Source: Patescibacteria group bacterium (GTDB taxonomy: Bacteria > Patescibacteriota > Patescibacteriia > Patescibacteriales > UBA12465). From it: DNA of 64,000 nt. Shown one piece after another: positions 16,845 to 25,244 of the stretch. The DNA lies in NCBI GenBank assembly GCA_023229115.1, contig JALNZW010000004.1, forward strand, positions 40,197-104,196, given 5' to 3'. Below the pieces are notes generated by a model. That model saw only the letters and a list, made by a program, of their open reading frames with translations. It was not told the DNA's origin and did not search any database. A program made the position numbers and the translations under genes. Within the stretch, counting starts at the first letter, position 1, and each line of letters starts with the position of its first letter.

Positions 16845-17627
16845 TTATTCTCCATATAAAGTAAGACAATCAATCCCACTGCCGCCCTGAAGTTTATCAA
16901 TTTTTGATTCATGTTCGCACAACACACGACCACAATTTCTACCCCCCATCTTTCCTAAAAAACAAAGACATAGGTCTTGTGAAAATTGTATAAAATATTG
17001 AGAAGGTTCGCTAGTATTATCTCCCCAGTCCATATTGCCATCATCCCCAAAACCACTCCAACCATCTTCATAATCATCAAAATACTCTTCTGAGGTGTTA
17101 TTATTTACATAAACATACTCACCATCGTTAATACACATTTCAAGATATTCTTGCTCCCAGTCAGCAAGATCTAACTCTTCTTCACTATTTATTTGTTCTA
17201 CCGTTGTTCCAGTGGTTCCACCAATTGTATCTTCCTCAGTAAAAACACTTTTAGTAGACTGTTCTCCTATAAACTGAACAAGAGCAAAAGAAGCAAAAAT
17301 ACAAATAATGCCAATAACCGCCCAAATCATTGTTTTTTTTGATTTATCAATTTGTTGATCATTGCCAGAGGCAGTCATCCACATAATACCAGAATAAACC
17401 ATTAGTCCTAAAAAAATCAAACCAACAAAAGAAAGAAGAAATCCAACTGTTCCACCTAAACGATCAATTAGTCCGCCACTAGATTCATTAAAAACCGATG
17501 GTAAATTTCCTCGACCGACCGTTCTTGTTAATCCATAGCTACTTTCTCTAGCCATGCTTAAAATTGGAACAAAAAGAAAAACAAATAATAATATTAGAAA
17601 AACAAATTTATTTTTAGTAAATTTCAT
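16845..17627 (-). CDS. VirB2/TrbC-like pilin paralog P5 with ~130-aa acidic, Cys-containing C-terminal extension
   Basis: Pilin core SGIMWMTASGNDQQIDKSKKTMIWAVIG followed by a D/E/W/G-rich domain with 7 Cys. ATG at 17627 (MKFTKNKFVFL...) preferred over the track start at 17684. Confidence 0.7.
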   Translation of the reverse strand: MKFTKNKFVFLILLFVFLFVPILSMARESSYGLTRTVGRGNLPSVFNESSGGLIDRLGGTVGFLLSFVGLIFLGLMVYSGIMWMTASGNDQQIDKSKKTMIWAVIGIICIFASFALVQFIGEQSTKSVFTEEDTIGGTTGTTVEQINSEEELDLADWEQEYLEMCINDGEYVYVNNNTSEEYFDDYEDGWSGFGDDGNMDWGDNTSEPSQYFIQFSQDLCLCFLGKMGGRNCGRVLCEHESKIDKLQGGSGIDCLTLYGE

Positions 17628-17640
17628 AAACTTATAATTA

Positions 17641-18054
17641 TTAACCAGCCACAATAGGGCTATTTCCAGTAAACATATTTCCAATAAAATTAGTTATGAT
17701 ATAAGCGGATAAAACAATAATAAGGCCAATTATAGCCTGAATTATTAAATTTTTTGCCCGATCAACTTGTTGTTCGTTGCCTCTGGCTATCATCCACAAT
17801 ATCCCAGCATAAATAATCAAAATCATAAAAACAACAGCAATAAAAGAAAGAATTGCTCCGATTATAACACCAACCCTACTTGAAAGATAAAAACCAGAAT
17901 CACGAGTATTAACTTCTTCTACATTAAAAGCATCTTTAGATGTGTCAGTGACAACACTATTTAAACCCCAATCACCCTTGCCACCATCAGCTAAGGAAAA
18001 ATTAGCCAATAAAAACGAAGTAAAAATCAAGGAAATTATTAATATTTTTTTCAT
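17641..18054 (-). CDS. VirB2/TrbC-like pilin paralog P6
   Basis: Signal peptide, then AGILWMIARGNEQQVDRAKNLIIQAIIG and a second helix. Confidence 0.75.
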   Translation of the reverse strand: MKKILIISLIFTSFLLANFSLADGGKGDWGLNSVVTDTSKDAFNVEEVNTRDSGFYLSSRVGVIIGAILSFIAVVFMILIIYAGILWMIARGNEQQVDRAKNLIIQAIIGLIIVLSAYIITNFIGNMFTGNSPIVAG

Positions 18055-18079
18055 AAATAAATATCAAACAAGAAATTCA

Positions 18080-18170
18080 CCATGCTTCCTAAAACAATTG
18101 ATTATTTCAGGAAGCATGGCGCCTATTTACAATAGGGCGCCAATTTCTAAATTCGAGTTTAGAAACTAAA
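18080..18170 (-). terminator. Cluster of three hairpins between P7 and P6 (terminator / mRNA-stabilising or attenuating structure)
   Basis: Three stems: CCATGCTTCC/GGAAGCATGG (18080-18089 / 18110-18119), GGCGCCTATT/AATAGGGCGCC (18118-18141, one bulge) and TTTCTAAA/TTTAGAAA (about 18148-18170). This is unusually GC-rich for this genome. Confidence 0.55.
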
Positions 18171-18180
18171 ATAAAATATT

Positions 18181-18573
18181 CTAGTTGTTGGTTGCGTCCA
18201 TTAAAGTATTTAAAACGAAGGTTGTGATTCCCCAAGCAGCTAAGATGATTACTAAGCCGACAACTCCGGCTCCTAATAATTTTTTAGCTTCACCAATTTT
18301 ATCTTCGTTACCAGCAGCAGTCATCCATTTGAAACCTCCTAACAATACTATAACTACAGCTACGATACCAAGTAAAGTTAAAACTGTATTTATAATTTGA
18401 GCGGCCATTTCTCTTGGATCTTTTTGACCTAAAGCGATACCTTCATCACCATTTTTAACGTAGTTTAAACCAAAAACGTCATCTGATGCTTGAGCACCGT
18501 TAGTTAAAGCCAAAGAAATGATTGGGAAAACAAATAAAGAAACTAATAATAAACTAATAATTTTTTTTCTCAT
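18181..18573 (-). CDS. VirB2/TrbC-like pilin paralog P7 (candidate major subunit)
   Basis: GGFKWMTAAGNEDKIGEAKKLLGAGVVG. One of only two starts I inspected with an SD-like motif, and the stronger one (AGAAAGGTGGTGACTT-ATG). Higher GC than its neighbours and followed by its own hairpin cluster. Confidence 0.8.
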   Translation of the reverse strand: MRKKIISLLLVSLFVFPIISLALTNGAQASDDVFGLNYVKNGDEGIALGQKDPREMAAQIINTVLTLLGIVAVVIVLLGGFKWMTAAGNEDKIGEAKKLLGAGVVGLVIILAAWGITTFVLNTLMDATNN

Positions 18574-18664
18574 AAGTCACCACCTTTCTAGTTTTTAATT
18601 TTTACAATAAAATAATAACATATATTTGAAAAAATAACAATGTTTGCTATACTAAACAAGAGAT

Positions 18665-20305
18665 ATGAAAAAACCTAATTTCACTCAAATATTTACCATA
18701 GCCTTTTACCTGCTATTTTTTTTATTGCTTTTAAAAAACTCACTAGGCTACCTTGATCCAGACCTAGGCTGGCACCTTAAAGCTGGTGAAGAAGTTGTTA
18801 AAACAGGTCAAATAAACCAAATAAATCACTATAACTATGTTCTAGGAGAAAATAATACTTGGGTAAACCACGAATGGCTATCAGACTCAATTCTTTTTTT
18901 AATTTATAGCAATTATAATTATTTTACTCTAAATATTATATTTGCTCTTTTGATGTGTATAATTTTAGGAATTGCTCATAATTTTATTGTTAAAAATTTC
19001 ACCTTGGACAGAAAATCAATAGTCACTCTTCTCCCCTTTTTTACTTTAGGGCTAATAGCTTGTCAGCCAAGTTTAGGAGTGAGAGTACAAGAATTAACAA
19101 TTTTATTTTTATTATTAGAATTGATTGTTATTTATAAATTTGAAAATGAATCTCTTAAAAATAATAAAAAATCCTGGAAAAAACTAATACCACTGCCTAT
19201 AATAATTGGGCTCTGGGCAAACATGCACGGAGGCTTTTTGCTGGGCGTTTTTATACTTTACTTTTATTTAGCAATAAAAATAGCTGAATTAATTATTTTT
19301 AATTTAAAAAGTAAATACTTCTTTGTAAACAAGATTAGCTCTTTTTTTAATTTTAATAAAAAATTAAAAGCAAGAGAATTAAAAATGTTTTTATACTTTG
19401 CTGTTACTTCTTCACTTTTTACCCTAATTAATCCTTACGGATTGGAACTTTTTGATTTTTTATCTTCTTATAAAAATAATGCTTATCTTAAAATAATAGG
19501 AGAGTGGCTTCCTCAATACCAAGAACCCTTTCTTTATTGGCAAATATTATATATAGGAATTATAATTGCCTCTCTACTAGTTTCTTTTTTAATGTATAAA
19601 AATAAAAAAGAAATAAACTCTCTTTGGCACTTAGTTTTAATTTTATTTTTTATAGTACTAGCAATCAAATCCAGAAGACACTTTCCTTTATTATTTATTA
19701 GTTCTTTGCCCTTTTTATCATCTTTTATTTATGACGAAATCAAAGAAACAATTAGAAATATAAAGATTGGAAGAACCGTTATTGATGTTTTTATTAAAGC
19801 TTATTTGTCTTTTGTTTTTTTGTTTGTCTTTCTTCTTTTAGCTACTAGCATTAAGGTAATAAAAAATCCTTTTACCTATTATTGTCAAAAATACCCCTGC
19901 CAAGCACTAGAATTTATTAAAAATGATCCCAAAATATCAAGTGCCAGAATTTTCAATTCTTACGGATGGGGCGGATATCTAATTCATCAGTGGCCAGAAA
20001 AAAAGATTTTTATTGATGGACGACTTCCGCAAATTAAAATAAAAGATCACAGTTATTTAGAGGAATACCTGCTCTTTTTTAAAGATGAACAAAGTATTAA
20101 ACAAAAAATAGAAGAATACCAAATAGAATTATTTCTTTTAGAGAAAAGAAAAACAAAAAAAACAAAATGGCTAGACCAAAAACTCACAGGTTCAAAAGAA
20201 ACAAAAGATAAAAATAATCAACTAATAAATTATTTAGAGGCAAATTTTAATAAAATTTATGAAGATGATATTGCTTTAATTTATTTTAAAAGAAATGGAT
20301 TATAA
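18665..20305 (+). CDS. Large polytopic membrane protein, possible GT-C-type glycosyltransferase
   Basis: 546 aa with about 12 or more TM segments. The first external loop carries acidic residues (YLDPDLGWHLKAGEE) and there is a soluble C-terminal domain. Followed by methyltransferase and GT2 genes. The functional call is tentative. Confidence 0.4.
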   Translation: MKKPNFTQIFTIAFYLLFFLLLLKNSLGYLDPDLGWHLKAGEEVVKTGQINQINHYNYVLGENNTWVNHEWLSDSILFLIYSNYNYFTLNIIFALLMCIILGIAHNFIVKNFTLDRKSIVTLLPFFTLGLIACQPSLGVRVQELTILFLLLELIVIYKFENESLKNNKKSWKKLIPLPIIIGLWANMHGGFLLGVFILYFYLAIKIAELIIFNLKSKYFFVNKISSFFNFNKKLKARELKMFLYFAVTSSLFTLINPYGLELFDFLSSYKNNAYLKIIGEWLPQYQEPFLYWQILYIGIIIASLLVSFLMYKNKKEINSLWHLVLILFFIVLAIKSRRHFPLLFISSLPFLSSFIYDEIKETIRNIKIGRTVIDVFIKAYLSFVFLFVFLLLATSIKVIKNPFTYYCQKYPCQALEFIKNDPKISSARIFNSYGWGGYLIHQWPEKKIFIDGRLPQIKIKDHSYLEEYLLFFKDEQSIKQKIEEYQIELFLLEKRKTKKTKWLDQKLTGSKETKDKNNQLINYLEANFNKIYEDDIALIYFKRNGL

Positions 20306-21044
20306 AGACTACGAAAAAATAAGCAGTGATTATTTTTGGCATAAAGCTAGAAAAAACTTTATTAATTATTTATTATCAAAACATTTAAATGAGCCTAAGC
20401 AAGAACAAGAAAAAAAAGAGATTTTAGAAATAGGCTGTGGGACTGGTTATCAACAAGAAGTTATTGCCAAATACGGTAATTACACCGGAATTGATAAAAA
20501 CAAACAAGCAATAGAAGAAAATAAAAAAGGGAAAATAATTAATTCCAACCTAGAAGATTTTGAAACTGAAAAAAAATATAATGTTATTTGTCTTTTTGAT
20601 GTCTTAGAGCACATAGAAAAAGACTACCAAGCTCTTCAAAAAATAAACCATTTATTAGACAGTGATGGTTATCTTTTTTTAAGTATTCCAGCTAAAAAAA
20701 TCTTATTTGGAGAACATGACTTAGCCATGGAACACTATCGCCGATATGAAAAAAAAGAAATAGAAACATTGTTAGAAAAAAACAATTTTAATATAATAGA
20801 AATAATTTATTGGAACTCCTTTCTCTTTCCCTTAATTGCTTTAATTAGAATTCTCAAGAGAGCTTATCAAAAAAATAACTTAACCGAACAAAGACACAAA
20901 AGTGATATTAGAAAGATGCCAAAAATTATTAATAATCTTCTTTTTAAAATTTTAAATTTTGAAAATAGTTTGATTAAATTAGGAATAAAAATTCCTTTTG
21001 GACTAAGCTTATATATAGTTGCTCAAAAAAAATATGAAAATTGA
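20295..21044 (+). CDS. Class I SAM-dependent methyltransferase
   Basis: Motif I ILEIGCGTGY and post-I/II blocks (ICLFDVLEHI). Overlaps the upstream gene by 11 nt. Confidence 0.8.
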   Translation: MDYKDYEKISSDYFWHKARKNFINYLLSKHLNEPKQEQEKKEILEIGCGTGYQQEVIAKYGNYTGIDKNKQAIEENKKGKIINSNLEDFETEKKYNVICLFDVLEHIEKDYQALQKINHLLDSDGYLFLSIPAKKILFGEHDLAMEHYRRYEKKEIETLLEKNNFNIIEIIYWNSFLFPLIALIRILKRAYQKNNLTEQRHKSDIRKMPKIINNLLFKILNFENSLIKLGIKIPFGLSLYIVAQKKYEN

Positions 21045-21777
21045 TTTCATTATTCCGGTTTACAACGAAGAAAAATTACTTAAAGAAAGCATAACCAAAC
21101 TTTACAATTTTTTAAATTCCCAAAATTATTCTTTTTTTTGGCAAATAATAATTGCTATTAATGGATCAAGCGACAATTCAGAAAAAATAGCCAGAGAAAT
21201 AAGTGGGGATAAAATAAAAAATATAATTACCAAAAGACAAGGAAAAGCTCATGCAATTAGACTGGCAATTGATAAAAGCTCAGCTGATTATATTATATAT
21301 ATGGATGTAGATTTAGCCGTTTCCCTAGATAATATCAACGACTTATTGCCAAACATTTACTCTAATTATGATTTAGTAATCGGATCAAGGTTTCTTTCAT
21401 CTTCAAAAAGAAATCGATCAATAATAAAAGAGCTTAGTTCCAAGATTTACATATTATTGTCTAAGATAGTTTTAAAGCACAATTTTTCTGATCTACAATG
21501 CGGATTCAAAGCTATTAAAAGAAGTTCTTTTGATAAGGTGGCAGAATTAATAGAGGATAGAAACTGGTTTTTTGATACCGAACTTTTAATTTTTTTTCAA
21601 AGAAAAAACTTTAAAATTAAAGAGATACCCGTTGATTGGTCAGAAAATCGTTATATAAAAAGAAAAAGCAAGATTATTCTATTTAATGATTCAATAAAAT
21701 TTACTAAAAAATTATTTAAACTAAAGAAAAGATTAAAACAAGTCAATCCAAAATATTTTTATAATGAAAAGCCTTAA
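21034..21777 (+). CDS. Glycosyltransferase family 2 (polyprenol-phosphate sugar transferase-like)
   Basis: IIPVYNEE at the N-terminus and a DVD (DxD) motif in YMDVDLA. ATG at 21034 preferred over the TTG at 21019. Confidence 0.8.
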   Translation: MKIDFIIPVYNEEKLLKESITKLYNFLNSQNYSFFWQIIIAINGSSDNSEKIAREISGDKIKNIITKRQGKAHAIRLAIDKSSADYIIYMDVDLAVSLDNINDLLPNIYSNYDLVIGSRFLSSSKRNRSIIKELSSKIYILLSKIVLKHNFSDLQCGFKAIKRSSFDKVAELIEDRNWFFDTELLIFFQRKNFKIKEIPVDWSENRYIKRKSKIILFNDSIKFTKKLFKLKKRLKQVNPKYFYNEKP

Positions 21778-22102
21778 CCACCTTCATTTTCCGATTTAAA
21801 GAAATAAATATAAAATCAAGCCTGGAAAACTCTATATCAATTTTTCGAAAGCCACAATAAAAAAAGATGGCTTTTTTTAAATTTTTAATTTGCTTAATTT
21901 TTAAATTTTCCTCGGGAGAAGACAAGTTATTAAACCGAGTCTTTATTTCAAAAAAAACTAGCCTCCCTGCAAGGGAAGCTATTATATCAACTTCTAATTT
22001 TTTAAACCTCCAATTTTTTTCTAAAATAACAAAACCATTTTTTTCTAAATACTTTGAAGCTATTAATTCTCCTAAATAACCTAAATTTTTTTTATCATTC
22101 AT
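21743..22102 (-). CDS. yraN: YraN-family (UPF0102) endonuclease-like protein
   Basis: GYLGELIASKYLEKNGFVILEKNWRFKKLEVDIIA matches the YraN N-terminal signature. ATG at 22102. Confidence 0.8.
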   Translation of the reverse strand: MNDKKNLGYLGELIASKYLEKNGFVILEKNWRFKKLEVDIIASLAGRLVFFEIKTRFNNLSSPEENLKIKQIKNLKKAIFFYCGFRKIDIEFSRLDFIFISLNRKMKVVKAFHYKNILD

Positions 22103-22144
22103 TTTAGTATTATAGAACAAAGTCGATAAACTAAATATAAATTT

Positions 22145-22684
22145 TTATTTACTTAAAAGCATGCCGTAATGATATTCACCGGCTTGAAATTCATCTTCTA
22201 TTTTTATATTTAAAAATGAGCTCAAACGCTTTATTTCATCTCTAGAAACTTTATTAACAGAAGAGAGAATAAAGGGAGAATCTTTTTCGTTCCACTCAAC
22301 CAACAAAACCTTTCCACCTGGTTTTAAAATTCGCATACATTCTTTCAAAATATTTATTTTTTTTTCTGATTGATGCAGAACATTAATCAATAAAACAGAG
22401 TCTAAAGAATCTGATTTTATATTTGCACCGCCCACAACCTCTAAATCACTCCAAATAGTTTCTATTTGGCTTAAATTCTCAATTCTAGCTCTTTTCTTAA
22501 TTGCCTCTAAGCTATCCTTAATAATATCAACAGCATAAATCTTGCCACTTTTACCAACAAATTTTGCCAATAAAAAGGTAAAATAACCAAAAGCACCACA
22601 ACCCAAGTCAGCCACTCTAAACCCCTGTTCAAGGCCAAGTCTGGCAATCAAAGATTCTATATTTAATAAATTATTTTTTATCAT
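22145..22684 (-). CDS. Class I SAM-dependent methyltransferase
   Basis: Motif I VADLGCGAFGY, followed by the LKPGGKVLLVEW block. Confidence 0.75.
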   Translation of the reverse strand: MIKNNLLNIESLIARLGLEQGFRVADLGCGAFGYFTFLLAKFVGKSGKIYAVDIIKDSLEAIKKRARIENLSQIETIWSDLEVVGGANIKSDSLDSVLLINVLHQSEKKINILKECMRILKPGGKVLLVEWNEKDSPFILSSVNKVSRDEIKRLSSFLNIKIEDEFQAGEYHYGMLLSK

Positions 22685-22693
22685 ATAAATAAA

Positions 22694-23365
22694 TTATTTT
22701 TCAACTAATATTTGTTTAATTATTAAGTTTTGTTTGCTATATTTCTTTTTAGCAGATATATGAATAAAATTAATACCCGACTTTAAATAAATTACTTCCG
22801 AAAACTGACCACTAGCATCACTTAAAACAGCCTCTCCGTTTATAGAAACCTCACTTTCAGCGTCTGTTTTACCCTCTATTAAGACAGAGGAGGAGTTTAT
22901 TATTTGCCTATCTTCAACATTGTAAACCTCTAGAAAGGGCGGGGCAAAAATATTTTTTAAATAAAAAAATAAATAAAATAAACAAATCACTACTACTAAA
23001 AAAATTAAAAGATTGCGCAACACCCTTGGTAAAGAAACAAAACTTTTCCAACTAACAACTTTATTAAAAAATATGTTTTTTTCAAAATTTTGTGACCTAT
23101 CATATTCTTTAACGAAATCAGAGACAATGTTTTTATGTCTAATATCTAAAAAATCAACATACTTCTTGAAAAAAATTTTTGCGTAAACTCCTTTAGGCAA
23201 ATCTCGATAACTACTTTCTTCAATTGCCTTTAAATATTTAATATTTATTCCCGTTTTTAAAGAGGCCTCCTCTAAACTAATTGATTTCTTTTGTCTATTT
23301 TTTTTTATATAAGCCCCGACTGAATCCTGATCTAAAAATATATTTTTTTTAACAAAACCACTCAT
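22694..23365 (-). CDS. RodZ-like HTH membrane protein
   Basis: N-terminal Cro/C1-type HTH (ISLEEASLKTGINIKYLKAIEE), a single TM and a C-terminal beta-rich domain. Confidence 0.6.
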   Translation of the reverse strand: MSGFVKKNIFLDQDSVGAYIKKNRQKKSISLEEASLKTGINIKYLKAIEESSYRDLPKGVYAKIFFKKYVDFLDIRHKNIVSDFVKEYDRSQNFEKNIFFNKVVSWKSFVSLPRVLRNLLIFLVVVICLFYLFFYLKNIFAPPFLEVYNVEDRQIINSSSVLIEGKTDAESEVSINGEAVLSDASGQFSEVIYLKSGINFIHISAKKKYSKQNLIIKQILVEK

Positions 23366-23376
23366 TTTTTTGTATT

Positions 23377-23787
23377 TTAATCAAAAAGTCTAGTTATAAC
23401 AGATGATGTCCCTCCCCAATTAACACCCAAAGCACTCATGGCAAACTCAATAATGATGTAGCTTGTAAAAACAATTATTAAACCAATAGTGGCATTTATT
23501 ATAATTGTTTTAGCTTGTTGAACCTTGTCGCTACTGCCAGCCGAAATTAAAAACATAACGCCACCATAAACAAAAAACAATAAAGATAGAGATCCAACGA
23601 TACCCAATATAAATCTCGTGACCTGTATTCCAACCAACAAAATGTCATTTAATTCATAATTACCACTTTCATAATCAGCACTTCTTTGTCCAGCCCCAGG
23701 AACAATAGAGGCCATCACGGGAGTACTCATTAAAAAAATAGTAAAAAAAGAAATAATTAAAAGTACTAAAGATTTTTTGTTTTTCAT
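23377..23787 (-). CDS. VirB2/TrbC-like pilin paralog P8 (divergent, unlinked copy)
   Basis: Signal peptide, then GGVMFLISAGSSDKVQQAKTIIINATIG and a second helix. Same architecture but the WMTAGGN loop is degenerate. Confidence 0.65.
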   Translation of the reverse strand: MKNKKSLVLLIISFFTIFLMSTPVMASIVPGAGQRSADYESGNYELNDILLVGIQVTRFILGIVGSLSLLFFVYGGVMFLISAGSSDKVQQAKTIIINATIGLIIVFTSYIIIEFAMSALGVNWGGTSSVITRLFD

Positions 23788-23792
23788 AAAAT

Positions 23793-25160
23793 TTAATTAA
23801 CTGTTTGTTGTATTCTATTGGCGTAAAAATTCATTAACTCAATTGTTTTGTTTTCAGTATCAGCTAAAACAGCCTGTATCATGTCAGCTAAAAAGTTTTC
23901 AGCTAAAATAGGATTTTTACCTCTATACCAACTTTTAGCTGTTAAAACTTGATCAGCAAAGACACCTATCTCTGGGTCTTCTTTTTGAGTATTAATTAAC
24001 GATCTCAAGGCTGTCGGCTTGTTTGTTTTTTCTAAATAACTTGTTGCATTTTCAGAGCTAGTCATAAATTGTATAAAATTCCAGGCTTCATTTTTATATA
24101 AACTTTTTTTTGAAACCGCCTCCACCCAATAATTAGCCATATTAGTAGGAACAGTTGCTCCTTCTATTTGAGGTATGGGCTCTACTAGAAAATTAAGCTT
24201 AGGCGCTTTAGTTTTAATAGTTGGTAAATGATAAGAATAACCGAACATAATTGCCAATTTGCCAGAAGCAAAAAGATCGACAGAATTTTCCAGACCACTA
24301 TTCCAACAATAAACTTCTTTAATAGGATTAGCAAAATCAGTATAAAATCTCAAGGCCATTAGTCCCGGGTTATAGTTCTGACTTTGAAAAACGGCTGGAA
24401 CAGTCTGAAAAAGAACTTGCCCTGCATCACTCATCATACTAGCCCCGTTTTGCATCATTAAAATAGCTAAAATATCACTATATCGTTCTATATTTTTTCC
24501 ACCACCTAAAGCAACTCCTGACTGCAAGATATTGCCTTTCAAGTCTTGTTTGGTTAACTTTTTAACCATTTGTTGAAAATCACGGTTCCAATATCTTGGA
24601 ATTTCAGTAATTCCGGCTTGATCAAAAAGATCTTGATTGTAGTACATAGCCAAAGTGTCAACTGATAAAGGCAATCCATATATTTTATCATTTAAAACCA
24701 CGTCCGAATAAACAGCATCAACAAAGTTTTGCTTCAATTCTTTTAAACCCAAACTTTTCATGGTTCTAAATTCTGGAACAACTTCTTTTTTAAGAGAGCC
24801 TTGAGTTATTGGAAAAACCATTGTTGTTTGAGCCGGCATTGGCTCTAACTTGCTTTCATATTTCCTTATCCAAGTATTATGAATGGAAAAAATATCTGGG
24901 CCACGATCTTCGGCAAAAGCATTAAGGAGGGCTTCCTCATATTCATCATATCTTAATTTTCGGTAATTAATAGTAACATAAGGGTGCTGAGCATTATACT
25001 TAGCAATAATTTCAGCAAAAGCATCTTGGCCCTCATAAACTCTCCAAAAATTAAGAACAACAGGTTTAACTGCCTCCTGCATTGTTGGTTTTTTACAACC
25101 TGCCCCAGCAGTCAAGAAAAATACGAAAACCAAAAACAAAGAAATTAGCTTTTTTTTCAT
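23793..25160 (-). CDS. ABC transporter extracellular solute-binding lipoprotein (sugar-type, family 1)
   Basis: Lipobox LTAGAGC. Size and sequence pattern (WRVYEG..., GLPLSVDTLAMYYN) fit the family. No permease or ATPase gene lies adjacent. Confidence 0.7.
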   Translation of the reverse strand: MKKKLISLFLVFVFFLTAGAGCKKPTMQEAVKPVVLNFWRVYEGQDAFAEIIAKYNAQHPYVTINYRKLRYDEYEEALLNAFAEDRGPDIFSIHNTWIRKYESKLEPMPAQTTMVFPITQGSLKKEVVPEFRTMKSLGLKELKQNFVDAVYSDVVLNDKIYGLPLSVDTLAMYYNQDLFDQAGITEIPRYWNRDFQQMVKKLTKQDLKGNILQSGVALGGGKNIERYSDILAILMMQNGASMMSDAGQVLFQTVPAVFQSQNYNPGLMALRFYTDFANPIKEVYCWNSGLENSVDLFASGKLAIMFGYSYHLPTIKTKAPKLNFLVEPIPQIEGATVPTNMANYWVEAVSKKSLYKNEAWNFIQFMTSSENATSYLEKTNKPTALRSLINTQKEDPEIGVFADQVLTAKSWYRGKNPILAENFLADMIQAVLADTENKTIELMNFYANRIQQTVN

Positions 25161-25244
25161 ATGAGAAATTTATTTTATATCTATAAACATTATAACAAAT
25201 TAGAGAAAAAATAAAAGAGCTCTTAATTTTTAAATTAAATTGAG

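Noticed and set aside
16845-17684. Track start codons giving N-terminal extensions or large gene overlaps: 17684, 16869, 33886, 35496, 54245, 30117, 43849, 21019, 22120, 2830, 2218, 9320, 50878, 41671.
   Set aside because: The extensions are Leu/Ile/Phe-rich read-through of AT-rich upstream DNA or begin at TTG. An internal ATG restores the canonical N-terminus (for example MYLEKLEVQGFKSF for SMC, MTNDQIWQAVLGELE for DnaA, MKFTKNKFVFL signal peptide for P5). These ATGs also remove overlaps with the upstream gene.
23793-25160. Orphan ABC substrate-binding lipoprotein next to pilin paralog P8, considered as part of a pilin-linked uptake system.
   Set aside because: The only evidence is adjacency, with a 5-nt gap. 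No permease or ATPase gene is present, and nothing in the sequence links the two functions. I recorded it as an ordinary feature.
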